Of a stretch of DNA of 64,000 bases, positions 45,533 through 56,171 are shown one piece after another. Position 1 is the first letter of the stretch; each line of letters begins with the position of its first letter. A model generated the notes under the pieces. It saw only the letters and a list, made by a program, of their open reading frames with translations. It ran no database searches and was not told the origin of the DNA. The stretch comes from a virus. Where the stretch lies: positions 79,034-143,033 of IMG/VR virus record IMGVR_UViG_3300037245_000806; one strand, written 5' to 3'. The position numbers were made by a program, and so were the translations under genes.

Positions 45533-46471
45533 TTACCGATCTAGGAGAATCCTGTACCTGTGATTGCCAATGACCGCTTCGCTGTCACCGACCCACGTGG
45601 CCGGAATCATGACAGTCTTGCCCTTCATCGCCTTGTACCGCCCGTCGCGATATGTTCGAGAATGCCGCCTGCGTTCGTGCGGGCGCTTGGGGCCATGAGC
45701 TTCGAGCGGCGGTAGGTTCAACCGCTTCCTGATCTCACTCGGCCTGAGGAGTGTATACGTCGGGCGGTCATGCCGCCTGCGGATACGCTCCTTGTGCTTC
45801 CCCTTGCGCGCCTGTCGCTTCCTGTGCCGTTCCGCTGCCTTGAGCGGACTGTCCTCGACAATGAAACGATTCGGGGAGTTGAAGTAGAAGACCTCCTGAA
45901 GCCCCACGTTCACGTTCCGCAGGATGGGGGGCGTCATCAGCTTGAGGCTCTCTTGATCCTTAGGGCGGCTTGCTATGTCAACGCCAATGATGCCGTCTGC
46001 CTTTGTGGCCAACGCTGACCACAACACCATGCCCATGAAGTCAATCGGGCCTTCAGGATTCAGCTTCACCGGGCCGAAGCGACCTTCGCTGATAAGCACG
46101 GAACCCTCGGGGTAGCCTTCGATCACTTTCTTGATCGCGGCTGCCTCCTCCGGGTCGTCACCTTCCACAAAGGCGTCCACATGCCACGCGTCTATGGGTT
46201 CAATCTCAAGGAACCCGCGCTCGCCGCTGAGCCCCTCTTGATCCTTCTCGGTATCCCACAGGACAGTACACGTCGCCTTGTCCTCGACGGCCATGGTCGG
46301 AAAGGGCAGGAAGAAATGCTCGTGGAGCATGGCAACAGTCTCCACGTCGCTATGCTTCGGTAGCACGTCCTGCGCCCTCGCGTCGAACAGGAAGACGCGC
46401 GCTTGCTCCATGCGCTTAATGACCGCCGGTATGTGTCGTTCAATGATGCCCGCAGCTTGATCAAAGATCAT
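45533..46471 (-). CDS. Phage hypothetical protein with a C-terminal PHxRRxH...W.G motif
   Basis: RPHERRRHSRTYR...IPATWVG; has its own promoter upstream. Confidence 0.7.
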   Translation of the reverse strand: MIFDQAAGIIERHIPAVIKRMEQARVFLFDARAQDVLPKHSDVETVAMLHEHFFLPFPTMAVEDKATCTVLWDTEKDQEGLSGERGFLEIEPIDAWHVDAFVEGDDPEEAAAIKKVIEGYPEGSVLISEGRFGPVKLNPEGPIDFMGMVLWSALATKADGIIGVDIASRPKDQESLKLMTPPILRNVNVGLQEVFYFNSPNRFIVEDSPLKAAERHRKRQARKGKHKERIRRRHDRPTYTLLRPSEIRKRLNLPPLEAHGPKRPHERRRHSRTYRDGRYKAMKGKTVMIPATWVGDSEAVIGNHRYRILLDR

Positions 46472-46493
46472 TTTTTACCGCCTCACACGATAG

Positions 46494-46522
46494 AATGTAC
46501 AGGGACACACGCGCCACGTCAA
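46494..46522 (-). promoter_or_regulatory. Sigma70-like promoter
   Basis: TTGACG-17-TACATT with an upstream A-tract. Confidence 0.65.
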
Positions 46523-47511
46523 GATGTTTTTCGCGTCACGCTAAACTTTTTTGCTGACCGCCGGAACGGTTGGTCGTACCGGTCGGGCGCACCGATGATC
46601 GATTGAAGGTCCAGCTTCTTACACAGACGTAGGAAGCCGAGCTTCTGCACATCCGGCACCCAATTGACCAGTTGCTTCGTCAGGCCCTCCGTGCCACCGA
46701 ACGACCGGCGCAAGTCGATTGCCTTCACGACACGCTTGAGGTAATCGATATTCTCGTACAGTGACTTCTCGAATTTCCTCGGCTTCGGTCGCTGTGCTGC
46801 GCGATTGCGAAGCACGCAGAGTTGGGCCGTAGTTGACATCCGCTCGAAGCCCTTGACATGCTCCGTGGCCTCTAGGATGAGTTCCTTAGCGCGCTTGTCG
46901 CCACACCCGGAGCAACCAGCAATTGAGTCTGACGGGTCACCCACGAGAGTCTTGTACAGCAGATAGGTCGAAGACTCGACACCGGTAATCTCGGCGAAAT
47001 TGTCCGCGTCGATCCATCGCTTCTTGTTGAGGTCATAGACGCGAGCACCCCACTCCACCATCTGCCAGAGGTCTTTGTCCCCGGACATCACAACCGGCGT
47101 GCCGAAATGCTTCAGGCATATCGACGCCACCGCGCCGACAACATCATCGGCTTCCCGCTCTGTGTAACTGATGCAGAGCACCCCGAGCTTCTCCATCATT
47201 TTGCGCGCCAACCCAATCTGAGTGAACGCGCTTGCCTTCTCCTCCTCAGTCAGGAGCTTCTTTCGCTCCTCACGCTTGCACTTGTAGTCGGGCAGAAGCT
47301 CTAGCCGACGCTTGGGGATACCCGCGTCGAAGCACGCGACAATGGGGCCTGAGTACCTCCCCTCCGGTGACTCCAAGAAAGCGCGAAGCGTGTTGAGCGC
47401 ACCGTAGACGCCCCCGGTGAATTGCCCGCCCGCCTTGAGGTCGTCCAGAGCGGTCGCCATTATGCAGCGCTTAATCAGGCTGTTCGCGTCGATCACCAGA
47501 GGCATGGGCAT
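46519..47511 (-). CDS. 5'-3' exonuclease / flap endonuclease (T4 RNase H / PolI N-domain-like)
   Basis: VIDANS, ACFD, PDYK, EADDVV, SGDKDLWQ and GDPSDSIAG motifs. Confidence 0.92.
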   Translation of the reverse strand: MPMPLVIDANSLIKRCIMATALDDLKAGGQFTGGVYGALNTLRAFLESPEGRYSGPIVACFDAGIPKRRLELLPDYKCKREERKKLLTEEEKASAFTQIGLARKMMEKLGVLCISYTEREADDVVGAVASICLKHFGTPVVMSGDKDLWQMVEWGARVYDLNKKRWIDADNFAEITGVESSTYLLYKTLVGDPSDSIAGCSGCGDKRAKELILEATEHVKGFERMSTTAQLCVLRNRAAQRPKPRKFEKSLYENIDYLKRVVKAIDLRRSFGGTEGLTKQLVNWVPDVQKLGFLRLCKKLDLQSIIGAPDRYDQPFRRSAKKFSVTRKTS

Positions 47512-47542
47512 TGGGATGCTCCTATACAGCGGGGCAGACAGT

Positions 47543-47575
47543 AAGAAGGGGGGCAACCTCTCGGCTGCCCCCCTC
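47543..47575 (-). terminator. Intrinsic terminator after parB
   Basis: GGGGGGCAGCC-GAGA-GGTTGCCCCCC followed by TTCTT. Confidence 0.7.
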
Positions 47576-47597
47576 CGTGATACCGCAGAAGGCGAGC

Positions 47598-48740
47598 CTA
47601 CTCCTCAGTCTCGTCCTCGGTCTCAGGCTTGTGCTTGCTGGCGGCATCGGCGACGTGCTCTTTGAACGCCTTGAGCGCGGCCTTGCCAGCCTTGGTCTTG
47701 TCGTCCAACTCGGGCGGGAACGGCGAGTCAATTGCGCCCCGATCCCACAGGAGGGTCGCCGCGACGGCACAACTCACGTGATACTCGGTCGTGCCGATCT
47801 CGTCGCCCTTCGCCTTGTGTACGATATCGCTGACCAGCCGTAGCATCGTCTCCTTCTCACGGCTGCCCTTCCGCACCTTGAGGGCGGCATCGCGAGCCGC
47901 ACCCTTGAGGTGCTGCGCGGACTTGCCCGGCGTGGGGGCGTTGTCCGCTTTCGCGGTCTTCTTGGCGAGCTTCTTGATGGCTGCCGCAGACATGCCGGGC
48001 TCAAGCGCGTCCTTGAACTCCTGCTTGCCACGCGTCTTGCCGTCAACCTTCGTCAGTTCGAGACCGGCGATGAGCGACATCGCGCCCGACTCGACGTGCT
48101 CCTGCACATCCTTCGGTGCGCCCATCAGCGTCATACACCTGCGAATCTTGCTGACGTGTAGCCCCGTCTCCTGCGCGATGCGGGGGAAGCCCCACTCGTG
48201 CTTCGTGGCGAGTTCGTTGACGACGCGCCCGATTTCTATCGGGTTCAGGTTCGTCCTGCCCTCTTCCGAGTTCTCAGCGACAGCAACCGCGCGGGCGCTC
48301 GCATCTTCGGATTCGAGGTCCATACGTATCGTGACCGCAAGCTCAGTCAGGCCGAGCAGGTCACTGGCGCGCAGACGACGCTCACCGGCGACGAGCAGGA
48401 AGGAGCCGGGCTTGTCGAGCGCGGGCCGCACGACGAGAGGGCTGAGCAGGCCGTTCTTCTTGATGGACTTGGCGAGCGGTTCGAGGTCGGTGACCACGGT
48501 GCGGGGGTTGAACCCCTGCACGATCTTGATGACCTTGCGGGGCAACATCGTGACGATGGACCCCTTGCCCTTCAAGGCCTTCTTCACGTCGCCAACGGAC
48601 AGCGTCACGCCGTGTAGCTCGACCGGTACAACCGGCGCGGACTTCCCCGTCTTCGCAGCGTTACTCGGCTTGGCGACCGTCTTCTTCGCCACCTTCTTCT
48701 TCGCCACCTTCTTCTTCCCCGTCTTCTTCTCCACAGCCAT
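47598..48740 (-). CDS. parB: ParB/Spo0J-family protein
   Basis: FNPR, LAKSIKKNGLLSPLVVR, AGERRLRA (CTP-binding box), AEN..R.NLNPIE and HTH IAQETGLHVSKIRR. Confidence 0.88.
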   Translation of the reverse strand: MAVEKKTGKKKVAKKKVAKKTVAKPSNAAKTGKSAPVVPVELHGVTLSVGDVKKALKGKGSIVTMLPRKVIKIVQGFNPRTVVTDLEPLAKSIKKNGLLSPLVVRPALDKPGSFLLVAGERRLRASDLLGLTELAVTIRMDLESEDASARAVAVAENSEEGRTNLNPIEIGRVVNELATKHEWGFPRIAQETGLHVSKIRRCMTLMGAPKDVQEHVESGAMSLIAGLELTKVDGKTRGKQEFKDALEPGMSAAAIKKLAKKTAKADNAPTPGKSAQHLKGAARDAALKVRKGSREKETMLRLVSDIVHKAKGDEIGTTEYHVSCAVAATLLWDRGAIDSPFPPELDDKTKAGKAALKAFKEHVADAASKHKPETEDETEE

Positions 48741-48803
48741 TTTGCGTCCTCCCTTTCAGCGGTCTGAGGGCGACCCCTGTCACCCCCTGTTCTTCATTGC
48801 GGA

Positions 48804-48832
48804 AGTATGCCATAATCTTAACACAGTGTCAA
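48804..48832 (-). promoter_or_regulatory. Sigma70-like parB promoter overlapped by the 13-bp palindrome
   Basis: TTGACA-17-CATACT; palindrome at 48819-48831. Confidence 0.75.
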
Positions 48833-48894
48833 GAAACTTTTGCCGTATCAGACGAAAAAGTTTATGGCGCTATACAGCCCCTGCGGGCTTATAC

Positions 48895-50160
48895 TCATTC
48901 GTCTTCGTCTTCGTCCTCGTCGTCGTCGTCACTAAATTTCATATGCTCTTTCTGAATCGCCGCAGTGAACGCAGCCTTCGCGCCCTTGCGAAACTCCCGG
49001 TCCTTGAGCGCTTCGAGGAAACCATCGCGCTTCTTGAACGTAGTGTCTGACCACTTCCCCTTATACCCGCTCTTCCCAGCCGACCTGATCTGCGGAGGCT
49101 TGCAGTCTTTAAGGAAGTGGTACATCGTCAAGTCGGGACTCGGACCGTATTCAAAGTCGAGCACCCAACTTGTCTTCCTGTGCGGCGGGAAGAGGCGATT
49201 CTTCACCGTCGTCACGAAGACCTGATACCCTGACACAAGGTCACCCATCTTGATATTCTTGGTGTACTTGATGCCCACCCGAATCGAGGACGCGTACTTC
49301 ACAGCCTTGCCACCCGGCGTCGTGGTCTGCGGTCCAAGCCCGAACTTGCCAATCTGGTCACGTAGCTGATTAACAAACATCATGCAGGCGCGAACCTTGG
49401 CGGATGCTTTGTACATCCGGCGACAGCCCTTCGACATGGCGCGTGCGATGAGCGCAACGTGGGCCTTGTCGAAGGACTTCTCCTCAAGCTCGGCCTTCGG
49501 CACGCTGCCCGCAACGGAGTCCCACACAATCAGGAACGGTGCCACCGGGGGATTCGCTTCAAGCTCCTCCATCATTTCCCACACCAACTCCCACGCCTGC
49601 TCGATATGATCGGGCTGATAGTAGATGAGGCGCTTCGGGTCAATCTTGTATCCGACCATCTTGTCAAGGTCCAACGCGCCCTCGAAGTCCAGCAGCATAG
49701 CCGTGCCGCCTATGGCCTGTACGTTCTTGATTGCCATGTGCGTCAGGGCGCTCTTCCCCTTGCCTTCGGGGCCGAAGACTTCGACAGCACGCCGCACCGG
49801 CCAACCGCCGCCAAGGATGAAGTCGAGGTTCTCAAAGCCCGTGGGGATATACTCCGTGACCTCAGCGAGCACCACGCCGTCGTCGCCGAGAAGGCCAAGC
49901 TCCTTCGGATTTCCCTTGGTCTTCTTGACGCGCTTACGTAGTTGCTTCACCATCGCAGCCGCGAACTCCCGACTAGCCTCGACGGTCGTCTTCTTCGTGA
50001 CCCCGACGTTCTTACCCTTGAGGGGTTTTTTTATGGACCCCGCCTTTGGGCTTGGACTTTTTGCTGATTCCACCTTTGCTACCTTTGCTGCCTTTGCCAT
50101 CCTTGCCTTTAGCGAGCCCTTGCCCGCCGCTGACTTGGAAACTGCTTTGGGCGGTGACAT
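48895..50160 (-). CDS. uvsX: UvsX/RecA-like recombinase
   Basis: EVFGPEGKGKS, IVWDSVA, FVNQLR, TTPGGKAVKYASSIR and KNRLFPP motifs; RBS AAGGAGG. Confidence 0.9.
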   Translation of the reverse strand: MSPPKAVSKSAAGKGSLKARMAKAAKVAKVESAKSPSPKAGSIKKPLKGKNVGVTKKTTVEASREFAAAMVKQLRKRVKKTKGNPKELGLLGDDGVVLAEVTEYIPTGFENLDFILGGGWPVRRAVEVFGPEGKGKSALTHMAIKNVQAIGGTAMLLDFEGALDLDKMVGYKIDPKRLIYYQPDHIEQAWELVWEMMEELEANPPVAPFLIVWDSVAGSVPKAELEEKSFDKAHVALIARAMSKGCRRMYKASAKVRACMMFVNQLRDQIGKFGLGPQTTTPGGKAVKYASSIRVGIKYTKNIKMGDLVSGYQVFVTTVKNRLFPPHRKTSWVLDFEYGPSPDLTMYHFLKDCKPPQIRSAGKSGYKGKWSDTTFKKRDGFLEALKDREFRKGAKAAFTAAIQKEHMKFSDDDDEDEDEDE

Positions 50161-50431
50161 CACCGGCCTCCTTCTCACACAAAGCCACCAACGCCTCTAG
50201 ATCGTCACTGTCCCCAAGGGCGTTGTACACGCTGTTGACACTCTCAATCTCAACGCGAAGCGATGCAAAGAGGCGCTTACGTAGCTCCTCATTGATCTCC
50301 TTCAGATCACCCGTAACATCGTCGGTGAGCTTCCGGCTAACGCTCGCGTGGGGCTTGAAGAAAATGAAGCTCTCACCCACCTTGATGGTTGGGGAGCAAC
50401 CGACTGTGACCGTATCGCCTTCCTTGAGCAC
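50012..50431 (-). CDS. Hypothetical protein (3' end overlaps uvsX)
   Basis: GTG start VLKEGDTVTVG...; ~149-nt overlap with uvsX. Confidence 0.55.
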   Translation of the reverse strand: MLKEGDTVTVGCSPTIKVGESFIFFKPHASVSRKLTDDVTGDLKEINEELRKRLFASLRVEIESVNSVYNALGDSDDLEALVALCEKEAGDVTAQSSFQVSGGQGLAKGKDGKGSKGSKGGISKKSKPKGGVHKKTPQG

Positions 50432-50514
50432 CGTACACCCCCACGTTGACGGAGGAATGGAGGGAAGACTCCCGGCCACAACGCCTTGGGAGCCCTCCCC
50501 CCGCGTAGTAACGT

Positions 50515-51774
<1,260 letters not shown>

Positions 51775-51825
51775 GATACAGTCCCTTCGTATGCCCTCTG
51801 TGGCCACTGTGTGCTTCTGTGGGCT

Positions 51826-52326
51826 TCAGCCCTTATGCACTTCAGCCATGCGGGCGACCAAACGATCCAACGCGAAACACCGATGATCGAGGGCCTTTCT
51901 CATAACCCTCAGTATTCCATATTGCCTCCTATCCTCGTCTAACTTCGCCCTCGCACTACACACTTCGTTATGCGTATCTTTCACGGCCTTGACTGCTGAC
52001 TCTGTAATGCCGCCCGGAGTTTGCTCGTGAAGCTGGTCGCGCACCGGCTGGTCGTAACCACCCTCAACGAAAGCCAAATGCCTTTCAGACGTGCGAACAC
52101 GCCCAAGCTGCATCTCCTCCTGATACGCCCAAAAGGCATAACGTGCCGAAGCCTTCGCGGCCTCCTGAAGAAGCTTAACCGGATCGTCAGGTATGCGAAG
52201 CTCCCGCGAAGGCTTGAGCGTCACGACCTGCCCGTTCTCCAACTTGATCGAGATGCTCGGAATATCCCTGAGGCACATCTCGCCGGTCAGAATAACCCCG
52301 GTCTTCTTTGTCACACCATCCATCAA
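51826..52326 (-). CDS. UvsY-like recombination mediator
   Basis: Helical; ARYAFWA...ITESAVKA...ALDHRCFAL pattern; adjacent to the SSB and uvsX. Confidence 0.6.
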   Translation of the reverse strand: MMDGVTKKTGVILTGEMCLRDIPSISIKLENGQVVTLKPSRELRIPDDPVKLLQEAAKASARYAFWAYQEEMQLGRVRTSERHLAFVEGGYDQPVRDQLHEQTPGGITESAVKAVKDTHNEVCSARAKLDEDRRQYGILRVMRKALDHRCFALDRLVARMAEVHKG

Positions 52327-52346
52327 AACTCCCGTGCGCGACGTAT

Positions 52347-52375
52347 GTAGTACCGCGAGTGACGCCCACCGTCAA
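52347..52375 (-). promoter_or_regulatory. Putative sigma70-like promoter
   Basis: TTGACG-17-TACTAC with an upstream A-tract. Confidence 0.5.
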
Positions 52376-52854
52376 GTAGTTTTTCCCCGCCACACGATAT
52401 TCTTGCGTATGCCTTTGCGACGTTTGGCCAGCTTCGCGCTCTCGTCTTTGTGACACCAGACGCAGAGAGTCGCATACCCCTCCACGCCGCATGCACCACC
52501 ACCCTCTGACACCGACTTGACATGGTGTGCCTGCCACAGGCTCTTGAGTCCCTCATTGATCGTGAGCCCCAAGCGCCTGATCTCGGCATACAGCGCAGCA
52601 CCTCTAAAGGCACGCAACTCACGCTTGGCCTTGTTCGTGTCCTTGCCGCAGCGCGAGCAAACGCCCTTGTCCCGAAGCCACACAGCCCGGCGCACCCTAT
52701 GCCCACAGCGCACTTCGACCTCGCGTCGGCAGGCCGTCGAGCACCACGAGGTTCGCCTTCCGACGAGAGGCTCCTCGCACCATCGACAAAGCCATTGACC
52801 ATCATCGCTCTTCCTCTTCGGGTAGTCTTTCCACGACGCATACCGACTGGCCAC
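52372..52854 (-). CDS. HNH endonuclease with Zn fingers
   Basis: CRWC..CSTAC, RDKGVCSRCG and WQAHHVKSVSEGGG...TLCVWCHK motifs. Confidence 0.85.
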   Translation of the reverse strand: MASRYASWKDYPKRKSDDGQWLCRWCEEPLVGRRTSWCSTACRREVEVRCGHRVRRAVWLRDKGVCSRCGKDTNKAKRELRAFRGAALYAEIRRLGLTINEGLKSLWQAHHVKSVSEGGGACGVEGYATLCVWCHKDESAKLAKRRKGIRKNIVWRGKTT

Positions 52855-55800
52855 TAGGCTACCTTCTTAGCCTTGAATTCCATCTGGTCCCACAGTTCGT
52901 CAACGTTCACGGGGTCGCGAGCGATCTCCGTGTTCTTCTTCTTGTACATGGCCTCGTCACTCTTACCGCCAGCCATGACAGCGTCAGGGTCGAACCCAAC
53001 GAGTGAGCCCCACGAGTGACCGACCTCGAAGTCAGCCACGATAGGCACTGTCAGCCATGACCAATCAAGGCCCGGCAGGACTTCCTCAGAAAGCTCAGGC
53101 AGATTCTGCATAACGTCCTTCGCGATCTTCGCAATCTCTAGGACTTCGTCCACGTGGCAGTCGAAGACAATCGAGTCGTGGACGGTAAGCACAATCTTCG
53201 ACTTGAAGCCCTCACTCTGCATAATCCGATGAATGAGCACGAGCGACATCAGCGTCATATCCGAGGCACCGCTTTGAATCGGGAAGTTGATCGACTGACG
53301 TAGCGCCCTCGATGCAAGCTCCTTGTGGCTGCTGAAGACCTCAGGCAACCGGCGCTTGCGCCCCGTGAAGGAAGTCAAGATACCGGTAATCGCGGCTTCT
53401 GCCTGATAGTCCTCGATACCCTGCTTCAAGCCGGGGCGCACACTGAAATAGTTGTCAATGAGTTCAGAGGTCTCATCGACAGTCATATGCACGCCGTCCT
53501 TCTTGAGCGTGCCGACGAGACCCGGAGGGCCAATGCCGTAGATAATGCCGAAGTTGACGCGCTTGGCCTTCGTGCGCATCTCCTTACGCTTCTTCTCAGG
53601 CAACGCCATGAACGCTTCGAGCGTCATGCCTGCAATGTCAGCCGCAGTCTGCGCGTGCAGGTCCACCCCGTTGCGGTACGCCTCAAGCATCTTCGGCGAA
53701 TGGAACCACGAAGCTGCAATACGAAGCTCAATCTGTGAGTAGTCAGCGTTGAGAATCACACCTTCATCACCGAAGCGCGAGACATACACAGGCTTCGCAG
53801 CCCTCGGGATGTTCTGGTTGTTGGGGTCCGCAGACGAGAGCCGCCCCGTCACAGTGCCGTGGGGCAGGAATGAACAATGCACCCGGCCCCACTTGTCCAA
53901 GCGATCCAACAGCGGCTTCACGAAGGTGCCGTAAAGAGTCTCGTACTTGCGGTACTTCAGAATGAGCGGTGAGAGGTTGTTGCCCTGACGCTCGTATTCG
54001 TGAAGCACGTCAGCCTTGGTCGTGAAGTATTCCCACTCCTTCTTCTCCACGGCCTGCTGTACCACCTCAGTAAAGCCAATAGCGGGTTGCTTCTGCCTCT
54101 TGCGTGCGGCATTGAGCTTCGCGTATCTGCTGCCGAGCCGTGAAAGTCCAGAGTCGGTAAGCTCGACCGGCTGAAGCTTGTAGTAGTCAAACAGCACCTT
54201 CCGCAGCTGTGTTGCCGAGCCGGGATTGAACTGGAAGATATCGCCCTTCTTCTTCCCGGTCTTCCCAGCCTTGATCTGACTCGCCACGAAAGCACGCACG
54301 CGCGGAAGCTTGGCTATCTGCTTCTTGTATTTGGCCATCTTGGCGCGGTACTCTGTGTCAAGCTTCTTCACCACGTCGGAGTCAACCTGCACCCCGGTGT
54401 ATTCGAGGTCGGACAGGACAACCGAAAGCTGCGGGAGGAATATCTCAGAAAGCCTCCGCAACGCTGCGTCTTCCTGATACTCGGCCTCGGCAATCAAGCC
54501 GTCATCCACGCGGTACGTCACGTCCGTGTCCATGCCCGCGTATGGGAAGAGGATTTTGCCGGGGATGTTCGCGTAACTGCCACCCTTCTTCGGGTCGCAT
54601 TCCTTGTGTGACTTGATGTACAATTCGAGCGGTCGCTCGTAGCCGCCCATGCCGGTATACAAGAACGCGAGCTTCTTCAAGCCGTGCGTCCCCCGGCGCT
54701 CGTCGAGGACAAGGTGCGTCAACATTGTGTCACGCAGGATGCCCCGTGGCGCTCGGCCAAGATTCTTGCGAATATGCTTCCGGTCGAACTTCTCATTCTG
54801 CGCAACCTTCGGAATGGACTCGTCAACGAAGAAGTCACGCAAGAGCTTCTTGAGCTTGGGGCGTTCACACTCCTTCGGGCCACCCATGCACCACGGGGAG
54901 TCAGCATGGTCGTAGGGAATCGTGTACCCAACGCCCGGCTTATCCGAGAAGCTCAAGCAAAGGAGCTTGGGGAACTCCTCGTCGAATGGTGATAGCGAGC
55001 CGGTCTCAGTGTCGAACGTGACCTTCTCAGCCTTCCTGAATTGTATCAGGAGCTTCCGCACGTCCTCAAGGTCAGTGAGTGTCTTGTAGTTGCCCGACCC
55101 AACGAGAGGCTCATAGCTGCCATTCAAATACGTGTTGAGAAGTACGAAGGTCTCCGCGAACTTCTCGGCGTGGTAATCAAAGCGCATGATGTACGCAGGA
55201 TGGAAGCACGCCAAGACGTCCTTGTTCTTCCACTCCGGGTGCGTTGACTTCATGAAGTGACCGGCGAACATCGTAATCCCGGCCTGTCCGCACAGGAATT
55301 CCATGCTGTAGTTGTCGAGAACAACAATGACCTCTGGTTGCCGTGCTTTGATCTCACGCATGAGTTCATACGAGCAACACTTGACCTCAGTCTTGCGCGG
55401 GTCTCGGTTTCTAGGTGGGCGGCACCTCACTACGTTGGTGTAAGCCACTTCCTCGGGGCTTACGTCGAGCCCCTCCGTTGCGGCCATCCTAATGATGTCA
55501 CCAGATTTCCCGACGAATGGCAGCCCCTTCGTATCCTCCTTGGCTCCGGGGGTCGAGCCGATAAAGAGCACACGCACCTTCTTCCATGGCTTGTCAACTA
55601 TGCCACGGGTCTTGATCGTGTACGGGTCTTTCTCCTTGGTGACGATCTTATCGGCGTCCCGACAATACGCGTCCTTGAAGGTGTCGAAGTCTTTATGAAA
55701 AGGCGCGAGCGGACACCATAGGCATCCGCTCTTGGCCTCTTCAGGGTCGGGTGCAATCAATGGGCGTGCCAACGTAGTATCGACGGTCTTCGCTGCGGCA

Positions 55801-55985
55801 ACACACTTCTTCTTCTTCCTCGCGGCACCAGCTATCTTCGCCCTCTTGGTCTTGCGTACCACGCCGACCGACTTCTTCTTGCGCACAACGCCAGACGACT
55901 TCTTCTTGCGCACAACGCCAGACGACTTCTTCTTGACTTTACCCGCTGACTTACGCAGCGCAGCAACTCTGGCGCTAAGGCTCAT
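52854..55985 (-). CDS. Family A DNA polymerase with an N-terminal family-4 UDG-like domain and 3'-5' exonuclease
   Basis: UDG: LFIGSTPG, PFVGKSG, TNVVRCRPP, FHPAY. Exonuclease: FDTET, NEKFD, YAGMD. Polymerase: TGRLSS, ADYSQIELR, AKRVNFGIIYG, TVHDSI. Confidence 0.93.
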   Translation of the reverse strand: MSLSARVAALRKSAGKVKKKSSGVVRKKKSSGVVRKKKSVGVVRKTKRAKIAGAARKKKKCVAAAKTVDTTLARPLIAPDPEEAKSGCLWCPLAPFHKDFDTFKDAYCRDADKIVTKEKDPYTIKTRGIVDKPWKKVRVLFIGSTPGAKEDTKGLPFVGKSGDIIRMAATEGLDVSPEEVAYTNVVRCRPPRNRDPRKTEVKCCSYELMREIKARQPEVIVVLDNYSMEFLCGQAGITMFAGHFMKSTHPEWKNKDVLACFHPAYIMRFDYHAEKFAETFVLLNTYLNGSYEPLVGSGNYKTLTDLEDVRKLLIQFRKAEKVTFDTETGSLSPFDEEFPKLLCLSFSDKPGVGYTIPYDHADSPWCMGGPKECERPKLKKLLRDFFVDESIPKVAQNEKFDRKHIRKNLGRAPRGILRDTMLTHLVLDERRGTHGLKKLAFLYTGMGGYERPLELYIKSHKECDPKKGGSYANIPGKILFPYAGMDTDVTYRVDDGLIAEAEYQEDAALRRLSEIFLPQLSVVLSDLEYTGVQVDSDVVKKLDTEYRAKMAKYKKQIAKLPRVRAFVASQIKAGKTGKKKGDIFQFNPGSATQLRKVLFDYYKLQPVELTDSGLSRLGSRYAKLNAARKRQKQPAIGFTEVVQQAVEKKEWEYFTTKADVLHEYERQGNNLSPLILKYRKYETLYGTFVKPLLDRLDKWGRVHCSFLPHGTVTGRLSSADPNNQNIPRAAKPVYVSRFGDEGVILNADYSQIELRIAASWFHSPKMLEAYRNGVDLHAQTAADIAGMTLEAFMALPEKKRKEMRTKAKRVNFGIIYGIGPPGLVGTLKKDGVHMTVDETSELIDNYFSVRPGLKQGIEDYQAEAAITGILTSFTGRKRRLPEVFSSHKELASRALRQSINFPIQSGASDMTLMSLVLIHRIMQSEGFKSKIVLTVHDSIVFDCHVDEVLEIAKIAKDVMQNLPELSEEVLPGLDWSWLTVPIVADFEVGHSWGSLVGFDPDAVMAGGKSDEAMYKKKNTEIARDPVNVDELWDQMEFKAKKVA
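55866..55935 (-). repeat. 27-bp tandem repeat encoding KKKSSGVVR in the polymerase N-terminus
   Basis: gacttcttcttgcgcacaacgccagac repeated about 2.5 times. Confidence 0.85.
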
Positions 55986-55990
55986 GAAGC

Positions 55991-56167
55991 CTACCCCTCC
56001 ACAAGGTTGGCGGTGCCTGAAGACTCGCGACGTTCGCTACTACGCGGTACCGGGAGCAAGAAGACCGGGTGTATCGACGCGGCTTCAGCGTGACACTCCA
56101 TGCGATTAGGACATGTAGTACACTTGGCGGCGATCAGCGGCTTCCCGAAACAGGCTCGTCGTGACAC
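55991..56167 (-). CDS. Small Cys-motif protein
   Basis: GTG start inside the palindrome; ACFGK....CTTCPNRMEC. Confidence 0.55.
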   Translation of the reverse strand: MSRRACFGKPLIAAKCTTCPNRMECHAEAASIHPVFLLPVPRSSERRESSGTANLVEG

Positions 56168-56171
56168 AGTG

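Noticed and set aside
52323-52841. Alternative-frame 172-aa ORF overlapping the HNH gene
   Set aside because: It has no motifs; the 52372..52854 frame carries the HNH and Zn-finger signature.
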